Shown here: piece after piece, positions 1 to 13,930 of the stretch
Numbering within the stretch: the first letter of the stretch is position 1
How the letters are laid out: every line of letters begins with the position of its first letter
Notes under the pieces: model-generated
Databases searched by the model: none
The model's input: the letters and a program-made list of their open reading frames with translations, nothing else
Told to the model about the DNA's origin: nothing
Origin: Mobula hypostoma
Taxonomy: Eukaryota
Direction of reading: 5' to 3'
Assembly (NCBI RefSeq): GCF_963921235.1
Contig: NC_086100.1
Coordinates: forward strand, 173,848,001-173,912,000
DNA: 64,000 bases
Translations under genes and position numbers: made by a program

Positions 1-2590
1 TGGCAGCAATACATAGTAATAAAAACTTAAACTACAGTGAGAAGTATATATAAGAAATAAGTTCAATAAGTCATTCAAAAAGAGAGGAAATCAATACTGA
101 GGTAGTGTTCATGGGTTCATTGGGCATTCAGAAACTTGATGCCAGAGAAGCTGTTCCTGAAAGACTGAGTGTGTGTCTTCAGGCTCCTCTACCTCCTTGA
201 TGGTAGCAATGAGAAGAGGGCTTGTTCTGGGTGAGGAGGACCATTAACGCTGGATGCCGCCCTCTTGAGACATTCCCTTTTGAAAGTGTCCTGGACGCTG
301 GGAACACTAATGCCCATGATGGGGTTAGTTGAGTCTGAACATTTCTGCAGCTTTTTCTGATCCTGTGCAGAGGCCTCTCCATACCAAACCATGATGCAAC
401 CCGTCAGAATGCTCTCCACGTTACAACTGTAGAAATTTGCGAGCGTCTTTGGTGTCATACCAATGCTCTTCAAACTCCTAATGAAATATAGCTACTGTTG
501 TGCCTTCTTTGTAATTGGATCAATACTTTGGGCCCAGGATACAGTAAATCCTCACAGATGACGACACTCAGGAACGTGAAGCTGCTCACCCTTTCCACTT
601 CTGATCTCTCAGTGAGGACTGGTGTATGTGCCCACACAGCTCTATTTCTATCTTTAATATCTCTATTTTTCCCTTTCAGGATTTGTTTGAAAACCCTGAC
701 CTGGAGTTACATGCTGACTTTGGTTTTTTGCGGGAATGGGACACGCTCTTGGGGTCTCACGACTGGCCATTATTCGATATACCAAGGATGACGCCCAGAA
801 GATTAGCTCGCCTTTGGAGTTGCAGGATTTCGTGGCTCTGGAGGTGAGCAGACTCGAGGCCAGTGCCTCTGCAGGAAATCGGTGTGTCATGGGAGGTGGA
901 AGATCTCTGGCTGTGTGCCCAGGGACCTGAGGTCTTTGGGCACAGAGCTCAGAAAAAGCGACGCAAAGAACTTTTAATATCGTAAATCTGTGAGTTGTTT
1001 ATTATGTCTCCCCTCTCACTGTGCAACAGAGACATCTCTTTTTCCCTTATTAGGGAGAGAGAGAGCCTGTGGTATGTCGAGTACCAGGTGAATGAGTAAT
1101 CTTTGGGGTACTGCAAGTCTGTGTCCTTATTGATGTTTTGCTGTACACTTGAGTGCTCGGTGGAGGGCACTGATGCTTTTTTTTGCTGCTGGGGGAGGAG
1201 AGGATCGTTATTTTGCTGCTGCTTACATGTGGGGGAGGGGAGCTGGGGAACCTTGGGGTTCTAACATTTAACTGTCATTCATTCTTTGGGGCACGGCTCT
1301 GTTTTCATGGATGGTTAAAAAGAAAAAGAATTTCAGGATGTATATTGTATACATTTCTGATATTAAATGTGCCTTTGAACTTACCCTTTCTGAAGTGCAC
1401 CATCAATTCCTTGGTCCTACTGATGCTGAATGCAAGGTTGTTGTTGCGACACCACTTAACCAGCTGATCTATCTCACTCCTGTATGCCCCCTCATCACCA
1501 TCTGAAGTTCTGCCAACAATGGTTTTTTATAGGTGGTGCTTGAGCTGTGCCTAGCTACCAAGAAATGACTATAGGGTGAGTGGGGCAGTGGGCTAAGCAC
1601 ACATCCCTGAGGTGCGTCAGTGTTGACGGTCAGTGAGGAGGAGGAGGAGGATTGAAAATGTTATTTTCAATCCACACTGACACAGGAGGTACAGAGGCCC
1701 AGGTTTTGGAGCTTGTTGATTAGAACTGAGTGATGATTGTATTTACTGTTGAGGTACAGTTGAAAACTAGCAGCCTGCTGTAAATATTGCTATTGTTCAG
1801 GTGATCCAAGGCCGAGTGGAGAACTAATGAGATTGCATCTGCTGTAGACCTATTGTGGTGATAGGGAAATTGTAGTAGGTCCAGGGCCTTACTCAGGCAG
1901 GAGCTGATTCTATCCATGACAAACCTCTCAAAGCACTTCACTACAGTAGATGTGAGTGCCACGGGGCGATAGTCATTGAGGCAGCTCACCCTTCTTGGGT
2001 ACTGATATGATTCTCACTCTTTTGATGCAGGTGGGAACCTCCGATTACAGCAGTGAGCGATTGACGATGTCCCTGAACACTTCCGCCAGTTGGTTGGCAC
2101 AGATTTTCAGTGCCCCACTATGAGGGCCTGACGCTTTGTGAGGGTTCACCTTCTTGAAAGATGTTCTAACAAGGGCCTCTGAGACAGAGAGCCGGGTGCT
2201 GTAGGGAATTGCATAGATCTAGTTTTTTTCCACTTTCAAATCGTGCAATACCACTACCATTCATGATGTCAGGTTTCAGTTTGTAGGAGATAATGTCCGG
2301 CAGACAGTGCCAGAGCAGTCTCTAACCTCAATTGAAATTGCCTTTACACTCTTAAGATAGCCTTCCATCGGTAGTCCGTGGATTTCTTCTGTAGTTCTGG
2401 ATCACTGATGTTGAATGCCATGGATCTGGCCCTCAGCAGACTACGAACTTCCTGGTTCAACCATAGCTCTTGATTTGCATATGTACAGTACGTTCTCGTA
2501 GGCACACACACATCCACACAGGTTTTGATGAGTCGGTGACAACTGTGGCATATTCATTCAGACTCAGAAGATAAATCCCTGAATATCGTC
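1..2590 (-). mobile_element. Decayed Rex1/Babar-clade LINE (RT region to 3' end), interrupted at ~633-1378
   Basis: ORF 1720-1989 CLNDYRPVALTSTVVKCFERF...NRSTADAI (RT N-part); ORF 189-473 NFYSCNVESILTGCIMVWYG...LFSLLPS (Rex1 ORF2 C-terminus); many stops and frameshifts. Confidence 0.85.
633..1378 (+). mobile_element. Unclassified non-autonomous retroposon-like insertion inside the Rex1 relic
   Basis: Rex1 sequence breaks near 632 and resumes near 1379; the insert ends in a polyA-signal-like ATTAAA and a TTTGAAC tail. Confidence 0.5.
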
Positions 2591-2706
2591 ATTGTAAATT
2601 GTCCTGTGATAAGGCTACGGTTAAACAGGTGGGTCGCTGGGTGGCTCGGCTCACCAGGCCGGAAAGGTCTGTTCTGTGCTGTGTCTCTAAATAAATAAAT
2701 AAATAA
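2586..2706 (+). mobile_element. tRNA-derived V-SINE, 3' half
   Basis: GTCATTGTAAATTGTCC...CTGTTCTGTGCTGT..(TAAA)n, same as the SINE copy at 43369. Confidence 0.75.
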
Positions 2707-2860
2707 TTTGAAAAATAAATGTGCAGGCAGAAGAGATTTAGTTTAATTTGGCATCATGTTGAACACAGACATCATGGGTCAAAGTGTCTGTTCCTGCGCT
2801 GTACAGTTCCACGTGCTGTGACTGTCCAGAGTAAAATCAAAAGTACTGAAGGGTCGGCAA

Positions 2861-3101
2861 ACTTATGCTTTGTAACTTCAAAACATTAAACTAATTCAAA
2901 GGAAAACATGTGAGTCCAAAATGCAGTCTAACTTCAAGATTACTTTAACGAGATGCGCACACATTACGTGGTAGCCTGATGATGCATGCAATTCATTGTA
3001 TTTTTACATTTAACCCATAATTATTTAAACAAGAATGCTTAATCAAATATATACAGTATACAAAATTACTCCAATTTAACTAAAATATTAAATACACAAC
3101 A
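2861..3101 (-). mobile_element. Solo LTR of the Gypsy family found at 9951-12936
   Basis: Reverse complement starts TGTTGTGTATTTAATATTT and aligns along its length with the LTRs at 9951-10195 and 12698-12936. Confidence 0.75.
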
Positions 3102-4354
3102 GTAACTTTCTGACTTCTAGTCGCAACCCATGCTAGAATGGAAACAGTCCAGACGTTTCATCATTGCTTACCACATTTCAGTCAGTGCAACAATAGCCTT
3201 GCATTTGTCATAGAGCTCTATTACACAGAAACAGTTCCTTCAGCCCATCTAGTCCTTTCTAGCCTGGTCTTCTACCTCGTACCATCTACCTGCAACCAGA
3301 CCATAACTCTCCATACCCCTTTCATTCATGCACTTGTCCAAACTTCTCTCAAATGTTACAACGAAACTCGCATCATCTCTTCCACTGGCAGCTCAATGCA
3401 CATTCGTACCACCCTCCAAGTGAAAAAGATCGAAAGATAGCAAGTCATAGTAATTTAATAATTCATCTTATTTGAAGTGTTTTGAGGTGCTTGTCAGATA
3501 CAGCAAGATTTAAAATCTTACCTTTTTCTTGACGTTGAGACACTATAAATTACAAAGATAGTTTCAACCCCATTTATAAAAGATACTATTTGTGGAATGT
3601 AGATGGATAGAGTCATTCTGTGATGGGACTGGATATACCTGGAGTATCCAAAACATCCCCATTATCTAACCCTAGTCTTGTGGACCTAGTCTGGAGAGAC
3701 CCATTTTGTAAGGAGGATTGGGTCTTGTCACCTAGACTGAGGGATTGTTTTTTGAAAGTATCAAAGTCATGGACAGAAAAGTGATCCAGAATTCACTCAG
3801 ACGTGAGAGTGCGGTAGAGCCACCCCAATGGATCGATGGTCTTGGGATATCATCAGCTGGCAGACGCTTGCGGTTCAGCATAGGAGGCTGCAATCAGTGA
3901 ATGCAACTATGTGAAGTTAGTACAGATGCAGTGGGTGGTCACTCTGGGTTGAAGCAGCAAGAATCAGGAAAAGGCTGGGACTGTTTCTCTGAAAATACGG
4001 AGGAGAGGTGTGATAGAGGTACTGGCCCTGGACAGAATGGAAGGTGGGAGACTTTTTTTTTGGGTAGAGGCTTGCAGACTAAATGTCAAAGATATTGTAC
4101 TCCTATGCCTTACGGTCTTGTACAATATAAAAGGGAAGAGAATTAAGTGATATGAAAGAAAAAGTGTGTGGGTGGAATCTATAATGAAATGCCTGCTGAG
4201 GTGATGGCGTCAAGTTCCATGGTGACCTTCACGAGGAATCAGATATATGATGGAGTATCATTTGCAAGGGTACTGAGAGGACCTAGAGAGGCACTCTGAT
4301 GGAGAGCTCGCATGAACATAGTGTGACTCATGATCTCTTCCTGCACAGCAGATA

Positions 4355-4818
4355 TTCCATGTTGCCTGGATTGGGGAGCATGCCTTATGAGAATAGGTTG
4401 AGTGAACTCGACCTTTTCTCCTTGGAGCGATGGAGGATGAGAACTGACCTGATAGAGGTGTGTAAGATGATGAGAGGCGTTGATTGTGTGGATAGTCAAA
4501 GGACTTTTCCCAGGGCTGAAATGGCTAGCACGAGAGGGCACAGTTTTAAGGTGCTTGGAAGTAGGTAGAGAAGAGATGTCAGGGGTAAGTTTTTACGCTG
4601 AGAGAGGTGAGTGCATGCAATAGCCTGCCAGCGGCGGTGGTGGAGGGGGAAATGATAGGGTCTTTTAAGACACTCCTGGACATGTACGTGGGGCTTAGAA
4701 AAATAGAGGGCTATGGGTAAGCCTAGGTAGTTCTAAGGTAAGGACATGTTTGGCACAGCTTTGTGGGCCAAAGGGCCTGTATTGTGCTGTAGGTTTTCTA
4801 CATTTCTATGTTTCTATG
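4355..4818 (+). mobile_element. CR1 LINE 3' fragment
   Basis: ORF 4299-4568 MLPGL..YENRLSELDLFSLERWRMRTDLIEVCK..TRGHSFK; (TTCTATG)n tail. Confidence 0.9.
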
Positions 4819-5299
4819 ATATGAAATATACAGTTCCTAGATTGTGTTCTTCATTCTATACTTCCTTGGAGTAGTGCAAGTTTTTTTTTTCCATTATTCT
4901 GTCCATAAATGAGGGATTATAATCATTACCCTCCCTCTCCCACTGTCTGCCTGCTACTTCCAGTAGAACAAATGGATGTCGACAATCCCATGGTGACGTT
5001 CATAAAAGTGTGTTGCCCATGGCCAGCATTAATCACTCAGGCAAAACCACCAGGTATAACAAACATGTCTGTTTAATAACTTGGGAATAAGTTAACTTGG
5101 TCAGTTTGTTTGCTAGGGCACAGTCTGACATATTGGTCTGTTTAACATCAAGTACATAGGAAACTTGATTGCGACGGTAACTAAATCAACTATACTACTG
5201 TCCGCCTATATAATTTAACCACAATTTCCACATCAACTTGATTGAAAAAATATATTCTACACAAATGAATACAGAATTTAATATTTGTTCATATAATAT

Positions 5300-5800
5300 A
5301 TTTTAAGATACAGTGTAGAACAGGCTCTTCTGGTCTAATGAGACTGGCCACCCAGCAACCCACGTATTTATGCAACACAAAGCGTCATAGGAAGTCATTC
5401 CTGCCTGTGGCCATCAAACTTTACAACTCCTCCCTTGGAGGGTCAGACACCCTGAGCCAATAGGCTGGTCCTGGACTTATTTCCTGGCATAATTTACATA
5501 TTACTATTTAACTATTTATGGTTGTATTACTATTTAATTATTTATGGTGTAACTGTAATGAAAACCAATTTCCCCCGGGATCGATAAAGTATGACTATGA
5601 CTAAGACTAACATTAGCCTAGTTTATAATTAACTTACCAACTGGTAAGCCTTTGGACTGGGGGAGGAAACTGGAGAATCTGGAGTAAACTCATGTGGTCA
5701 TGGGAAAAAATGTAGAAGCTACTTACAGACGGCACCAGAATGGATCTTCAAACTCTGACGCCCCAAGCTGTAATAGCATTGTGCTAACCGCAACGCGACC
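5300..5800 (-). mobile_element. V-SINE interrupted by a Rex1 3' fragment
   Basis: SINE body (TTTGGACTGGGGGAGGAAACTGGAG) and tRNA-like head (GCTAACCGCAACGCGACC) in reverse orientation. Confidence 0.75.
5371..5609 (+). mobile_element. 5'-truncated young Rex1 copy (last codons, 3'UTR, (GACTAT)n tail)
   Basis: Nearly identical to the reverse complement of 29908-30157. Confidence 0.9.
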
Positions 5801-6884
5801 ATGTTATATTATAATATAATATAACCATATTATATAACCACATAATATGGTTATGTTATTTTTAAATATGTGATCTTCATGATTAATGTGTCTGAACTGT
5901 TATTATGTAATTTAATCTCAGAGACTTCTTTAAGTCCACTATGAACGCTGTCACAACTGTGAAATGGACTAGCACTTTTACCTCTCAACTTGAAAATCAC
6001 AACATACGCATGACGTTCCTCTACAGACCTGTAAAAGTTTTAGAAGACACAAGAGCAGAAAATCTATTAGTCACACAGCTAGAAGCATCTCTAGCAATAT
6101 CTCAATCTATCTCAAACTACTATAGCTCTCCACAAAGAGCATCTAGACACTTGGAACCCATTTTCTATCATCTCTTATTACCATTTTATGCCTTTTGTCT
6201 CTTTTTTTCACAAAGTCTTTCAATAAATCCCATTTATTTTTTTTAATCTGATGCTGTTGCCTTTTTATTGTCAATTCTGCCTGTTGTAGATTTTAGTTGA
6301 CTATTATTACCCCCATATACACACATTATCATTTTCATGCCACTTTACCAAGCAACATGAAAAGCTATTTAAATGAACGAATTTTCAAACATTAGCGCTG
6401 GTTATAATTATTTTGGGATTATTTTTGCCTTTTAGTGATTGTTCTGAGACTTGAAAAGCTGGTACACAAAGACAACATTACTTTTCAATATTTCATATAA
6501 TCTATACCTTTTTGAGGCTGATCTTCATTTGAGATTGAAAATTTATTCAAAGCAGAACCAGCACTCCAATTGTGTCAAAGAAATTGGGCAGATAGAGAGA
6601 AGGATCTTATTACCTTTTCCTGAGAATTCATTTACACGAGATCTCTAAAATATTAAAGCACAGATTTCTCAGAATTCCAAATTGCTGGGAGAGTACTTAG
6701 TGGGATTGTTATGGGGATGTAGTGGGACTGTAGGAGAAAGCTTTGTCAGCCCTTGGAGGGTCCTGTAAGAGCTGTCCTACCCCCACAACATTACTGATGG
6801 CTTGTGGCTCATGGTAATGACTTATGGTTTGTAATTTATCACTTGGATATACTGGGAAACTAGGGTTTTTACTGATTCAAGGAA

Positions 6885-7250
6885 ATCTGGGATGAAGGTA
6901 CATCTATACTAAGGAGGTGAAAGGCGCACTTTCCCTCCACTAGCTGGCAGTTCATCTTTGGGCAAGGTGTAGTCCCTGTTTAGCCCCTCCCCTCCCCCAA
7001 ATCAGGGTCGCATAAAGCCATAGGAGCAGGTGGTGGATGGTCATATGAGCAACAGGTACATATCACAAGACAAGGTTACGCCAGGCAGACAATTTCTGAA
7101 GAGTATTGATAATGGCTGAGGTCACCCATCTTGAAAAGACACTGCCCAGAAGAAGGCAGCAAACCATTTCTGTGGAAAAATTTGTCAAGAACAATCATGG
7201 TCCTAGAAAGACCATGATCACCCATGTCAATACAACACAGCACAAACCAA
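6885..7250 (+). mobile_element. SINE-like element with RTE-type 3' tail
   Basis: 3' end GAAGAAGGCAGCAAACCATTTCTGTGGAAAAATTTGTCAAGAACAATCATGG resembles RTE/Bov-type tails (from memory of those families). Confidence 0.5.
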
Positions 7251-9950
7251 ACAAACTACTCTGCCACTATGGGTATAGAGTGTACCATTCCCAAAATTAA
7301 CTACATATACTCTTTGACGACACCTACAACACTTCCCTGTCCCTCAACTTCTACCTAGATGGACAAGCCCAGCTAGTTCCCCTTCAAGTTGCATGGCTTC
7401 GTGACTCAGAAATACCTCACCATTCCTTCATTTTCAGAATCATGAAGTCATAGAACAGTACAGCACAGAAACAGGCCCTTCAGTTCATCTAGTCTATGCT
7501 GAACCATTTAAACCTCCTAGTCATTGGCTTCATTATGCTCACTTCTCAATGGCACTGCTTCAGCACCATTGTCAATAGAACTATGGTGGTTTAGTAAGAT
7601 GGCTGACTACCACTAGGAATTAGGGATGGAAAATAAATGGCAGCCTCGCTAGTGATACCCAACTGCCATAACAATTTTTTAAATAAATTATCAGGAGGCT
7701 TGGTTTACAATCAATAGCTTTAACAACTTCTTTCTTTTTTTCTAAATCTCACCATGCTATCCATAAACAAGGCCCTTTATATCTTTGTGAATATTCTGTA
7801 GTTCAGTAACTCTACAAACCATTTGTTTATAATATTAAATAGCATTTTTGCTCAATTTTTATAAACCAGCCAAAGCCCTATACATTAACCAAGCTTTAAA
7901 ACCACCTTTGTTTTATAAACAGTAGATCTTCTACAGACTATTCGTAATTTATAAGCTATTATGTCTTAATAAGAAATGAAGCTTTATAAGCAGTCCAAGC
8001 TGTCAAATACCTTTTGCTCTATAATCTTCTGACCTTCGTAAAAGATACATAACTCTGTAAACTATCCATGCTTTGCAATTCCCCCACAGCTTTACCAAGT
8101 CCTTGCTTGTTATCAGTCATCCATGAATTTATGAAGCATCTTTCTGTAAAGCTTCATCACTTAATAAACTCTCCTATTCTTTGTAAGTATTCTACAGCTT
8201 CGTAAATGAGTATGCACTGTCCCAAAGTTTTATAATTCGACCGAAACTATCCTCAAGAATTTAAATTATTTTGAGAGAAAAATCAGAAAAATCAGAAAGC
8301 AAGTGTATCTGTGAAACTAAGGCAAATCAGGAAAACATTCAATTAATTTAAGAATCATGGATTCTATTGATTATAATCATTCCACTAAAATATTCGTTGC
8401 TTTATGTGATTATATACATTTTGCTGAGATGTTCTGAATTGTACATTAGATCTCAGATGACCACATTTTGATAGAAACATTTTTAAAAATAACCTAAGTT
8501 TCCTAAATTTTTAATTCTTTGGTGGATAAGCATATAGAAGGCTATAGTCCAGGTGCTGGTTAATGGAACAAGGCAGAAAGTAGTTTGGCATGGTCCAGAT
8601 GGGCTGAAGAGCCTGTTTCTGTGCTCTGTTTCTCTCCATCTCTGACCTTGCTAAGCTTTCCAACCCGTTATATAATTCTTAAAGTTCAAAAGGTGCTTAT
8701 AAAGTAGAGGCATCCGAATGATGTGTGCACTTGAACCAACCATAACTGCAAAACTTCACATTCTTTCACAAAAAGACCACTTGGAAGATCAAGCCATTTA
8801 TATTTCAACTCAACTTTAATTTTAAAAAAACACAATGAAAACCAATTGTATTGAACTCTTTGCACAGTAATTTAGTTCAACGACAGAGTTATGTTACTCT
8901 TTCTAACACTGCAAAGTGTAGTTTTGAATCAGATGCAAATGGTTTAATAACCACTTTCCACAAAATACATAGTTTGTGTATAAATACGGATTCACCTCGA
9001 AGGTGTAATTTGCCATGTAGGCCGCAGTATTAAGAAGCCATGATTTTAATAATATTAGTGATTAAAAGCAATTAGAAGTTAAAGTAAAATATTAAATAAA
9101 GAAAAATGGAAATGTTATTATAACCCTGTTAGCTTATCAGTCACCATATCCATTTATTATAGCTATGCACTTAATTGCCAATGTTGCCAAATACGTTTGT
9201 AAAATAACTACTACATATAGTTTACATAGAAACTTATGACTACAGGATAGTTGCATGGATGAGAGGGATATGAAGGGTTATGATCTGGGTGCAGGTAGGT
9301 TAATAGTTCGACATAAGCCAAGTGGGCCAAAGGACCTGTTTCTGTGCTGTAGTGTTATGTGACTGACTCTACAGTAGACTCCTTAATTAATCAGGTTACA
9401 GTTTGTCTGGCTGTGTATGCAAATGAGTTTCACATTATCCGATACCACTATCAGTTGACTTATTGGCCTGAATAGATTGCATTTTAGCCATAAAACCATC
9501 TACAGTTCAGAGAGGGTGCAATTGTGCAACTGTTTCAGAGGCTCTCTCAAAAGAAATATGTCTCTAGCGGTCAATGCATCATTAATATGCTGATCAATGC
9601 AAAATATTTTCCATGGTGTTGCAGTCAACTCTTTATGTTCAAGTATCATTCAACCATACGCATGAATACAGCCATATGAAATAGTGTTCCTCTAGGGCTA
9701 ATATGCAAAACACAGTACCAATAGTTACACGCAGCACATTTAGCTGAAAAATATACAGTTTATAAAAAAAAACATTATATAGCTCAAGTCCCTGAGGTCA
9801 TAGCCTGTAGATTGATGATGCACGGATGTTGTCTTGGAGCCATGTTTCCGCAAGAACAAGTCCACAGCAGTTCCTCATCTTATACAAGTGCAGCCTCACA
9901 TGAATATAATCCAGCTTGTCTTCCACCAAGCAAGTATTGACAAGTGGGGC

Positions 9951-12936
9951 TGTAGAGTATTTAATATTTCAGTAATATTTGGGTCATTTTGTAAATATGT
10001 TGTTTGATTGAACATTATTTATTGTTAAAATAATTCATTATGGTTATTGGTAAAAATACATGAATTGTATACATCATGATGCTACTGCGTGATATGTGCA
10101 CACCTCACAAAGTAAACATGAAGGTAGACTCACCTTTTGGACTCCTACATCTTTCTTCTACTTAATTTAATGTTTTGGAGTTACAAAAAATAACAGTGGT
10201 GACAAGAAAATTTCAAGTGAATCCAGGACATCTACCAACAGTAAATGTGCAGCGAGATGTTAGAGTTCAAAAAAGGTGCGCAGGAAATGGTTGAGTAAAG
10301 TAACAGCACAGCATGTGCAGAGACAGTAGAGCTTAAAAAAAGAGCAGAAAACAGATGAATTTACAGCTTCATAAACAGTGAGTACCAGGTGATAATAATC
10401 ATAATTTTATTTTTAGAACAGGTATGGCTGGCTACGTCAGAGAGATAGGCACACTCAATTGCTCAACGGAAAACTGGCTCATGTATACTAAGCAAATTGA
10501 ACAATATTTCAAAGCAAATGAAATAGCCAATGAGAAACAAGTACCAGTTTTGCTGAGTGCATTGGATGGAAAAGCACACAGTTTGCTTAGGAGTTTGACT
10601 GCTTCAACCAAACCATCGAATTGAGCTTGGCTGATATCATGAAATTAATGCAGGAACATTTAGAACCGAAACCATTGTTGATTGCAGAATGCTTCAGGCT
10701 TCACAAGTGAAATCAAAAGGAGGGGGAGTCACAAGGCTGAATTGAAGAAGTTGTCTGATCATTGTCATTTCGATATTGGGCTAAGAGACACACTGAGATC
10801 ATTTAGTTTGTGGAACCTTTCAAGAAACCATTCAAAAACAGCTCCTAACTGAAGCACAACTTACGTTTAAAAGTAGTTGAAATAGCTGTATCAATGGAAA
10901 CCATAGATAGAGACACAACTGAGTTGCATTCAGGAATGAAAGTGAGCATAAACAAAATTGCAATGTTTAATTAGAAACCTGTCTGGCTGACCAAATTGTG
11001 TTACTGTTGTGGCAGGGGCTCACATACTCCAGACCAACACAGGCTCAAAGGTAAAACTTGCAGAAAATGCAACAAAGTAGGACACAAAGAGCATTTTGGG
11101 CAGACAAAAGTAAATGAACTGAACAGGGAAGAGAAATAGCTAAAAAGTCAATTTGCAGTTTGGAAAAGAGCACGGATCTGAATGTCTTTGATGAAAAACT
11201 GATAACGGTGTGAGTTACACAGGACTTGGTAGCCTACAGATTTAAAATGTGAAAACTAATAGTAGACAAACAATATGGCTTACACGTAAAGTGAATGGTA
11301 AATTAAAATGGAACTGGCTTGGCTGGGTCAATCATTCCAAAAAATGAGTTATTTCAAAGATAGTAAACTGAAGCCTGCAGATATCCAACTTACACTGGAG
11401 AAAAGGTAACTCCTGTGGGAAAGACATTCATATCAGTGAAATACAACAACAAACAAGCCACAATGGGTTTGTATGTGGTAAAAACAGAACGACCAGTATT
11501 GTGGGGATATGATTGGCTGAGACAAGTACAACTTCATTCGAGACCCATCCACCATCTGAATGAGTGTCAACTAAGAAAGGTACAGGATGATGCAACAACT
11601 GTCTCCATGCTGTACATCATGAACTACTGCCCAACAGAGGGCAAACAGGTGTTGGCTCTGTGCCACTGGTTGGAAAGCATATTGGACCAAGGAGGGACCA
11701 TGCTGTTCAGAGGAATCAAGAAAATGACAAAAACAATGGCCCCACTACAACCGTTTTGTAGGCAACACATCTGAGAAATCAGCCATTTACTTGTGAAACA
11801 CGGCCTGGTTTTAAGCTGGAAGAGAGTTTGAGGAACTTCCGCAAAAGTGCAAACATTTGGATTTTTGTGAGTATAAGAAACCAGAATCTACTCTGCATGG
11901 ATTAAGGATATTGCATGAACTTCAAGTGGGAGACTAAATGCTGCTTGTAAATGTAAATACAAAGACCAAAACTCAGCTGAATGAATGGAAGGCCAGAAAG
12001 AAAGGAGTCAAAGGCAATATGAAAACAGAAGTCAGATTATGTTGTGGATGAGGAAACCAAGAGGAGGAATCTGATTGTAAAGGGAGCATTTAAAGGATTA
12101 ATAAGAGAATACTCCCATAAACTAAATGCACATTCCCAAGATTAATATGTACATTCTAGAAAGAAGAAAAAGGAAAGAGGATGATACAAGTGCTATGGAA
12201 ATGGAAGAGGATGAATGAGACTTAATTTCTCGAGAAATTCAGAGATACAAGAAACTAGAAGCTGAAAGAGAGAAGGGAAAGAGAGAAAGACATGAAACAG
12301 AAAGGGAACATGCGAAAGAAAGAGTGCCGGATAAAGAGAAAGAAAAAAAACCAGGACCGGGAGAGAAGCAAGGATCAAAGCAGATTCCAGAGTTGTCAAG
12401 CTACTTCCTGCAGTCTCAGAGTCAACAACCACCACGGAGAAGATTCCAGAACTAAGATTGCTTGGCAGGTGAGACAGGAGCCTCTGAAAACAGAGTGACC
12501 TCTCTTGTCAGGAAAGGCATTATCACACAAGAGTAAGAAATCATCGACGCAATTAAATCTCTAGGCCTGAATGGGACAATTTAAAATTTACTATGCTGTA
12601 GATGTCTGTATAATAGCTGTATTATATGGTATATTGTGCATATTGTTCAGATGCATTCTATATTGTGTGTTGGAGTTTATAGCAAAGCAGGGAAGAATGT
12701 TGTGTGTTTAATAATTCAGTAATGTTTGCATAATCTTGTAAATGTATGGTTTGATTAAGCATTCTTTGTTGTTTATATAACTCATTATGGTTATATGTAA
12801 ATATGCATATGTCATGATGCTACCACACTGACACGTGCGTGCCTCACTTAAAGTAAACATGAAGTTAGACACACATTTTGGACTCCTGCATTTTTTCTTA
12901 AATTGGTTTAATGTTCTGAAGGTACAAAACATAACA
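9951..12936 (+). mobile_element. Internally deleted Gypsy LTR retrotransposon (gag-protease relic, no RT/IN core)
   Basis: TG..CA LTRs 9951-10195 and 12698-12936; PBS-like GTGGTGAC at 10196; PPT AAGCAGGGAAGAA 12685-12697; 5-bp TSD GGGGC/GAGGC; gag 10424 (ENWLMYTKQIEQYFKANEI); Zn-knuckle remnants ~10998-11085; protease region VLWGYDWL. Confidence 0.85.
10424..11570 (+). pseudogene. gag: Gypsy gag-protease pseudo-ORF
   Basis: ORFs 10424-10624 and 11415-11774; CYCCGRGSH and CRKCNKVGH knuckles; multiple stops. Confidence 0.75.
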
Positions 12937-13930
12937 GAGGCTAGACTCCAACCCAGTACATAATCCAGTAGCACACAGCCACATCCGGCGTCTCCCACCC
13001 TGGTGGCTGCAACAGGCGACCCGAGCCACACCCAAGGTCACACAGCTTCCTCACTGTTGGTCTCACCCATGAATCAGACTTGCAGTATTCTACATTACCA
13101 CTGTCCCACAGGGTCTCGTGAGCACAATAAAAATGTCCAAGACAATCACCGGCATAGTTCATAGCATTGCACACCACATCTATGCAACACCTCTAATGAC
13201 TTCTTCTGCGGGTGGCTGAAGAAGGCTATAACACAATACAAAATCGAATCCAGCTCTACCACTGTTGAACAACTCACTAGTGGGGTAGTCCCGCAGTACC
13301 TGACGTTCTTAGTGTCTTGCAGTGTCTTGCAATCATAAAAAAGCATAAAAGAAAAACAGTTAATGTTTCAAGTTAATGATCTTACATCAGAATTATGCTC
13401 ATTTTTGCTATTTTCAGCAATGTATACTTTCAAGGTTTTTGTTTGGCAGTCTTTGTTTATGTGTAGTTTTTCATTAATTCTATTGTATTTCCATATTCAA
13501 CCGTGAACGACTGCAAGAAAATGAATTTCAGGGTAGTATATGGTGATATACAAGTACTTTGATAATAAATTTACTTTGAACTTTGAATTTTAAGGTGACC
13601 TCTGCACACCTGAGTGGTCCTGCTCTATTAATTAACCAGAACAAAGTGCGACCTGACCAACTGTATCATTACAATATGCCATCCCAACTCTTATATTCAG
13701 TGCCTCAGCCTACATAGTCACAGCATACCAAATGCCTTTTCCACTACCCAACAATTTGTGCTGTAATTTTTAGGAAGTTATGTTGTACCCCAAGGTCACT
13801 CTGCACATCAACACTGCCATTTACTGTACATCTTCTTTTAGTATTTGACATCTCAAAGTACATTATCTTGCACTTGCCTGGATTTAATTCCATCTGCTAC
13901 TGCTCTGCCCAGTTTTCCAACTGATCTACA

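Noticed and set aside
12292-12498. Lys/Arg-rich 68-aa ORF
   Set aside because: By-product of GA-rich low-complexity sequence inside an LTR element
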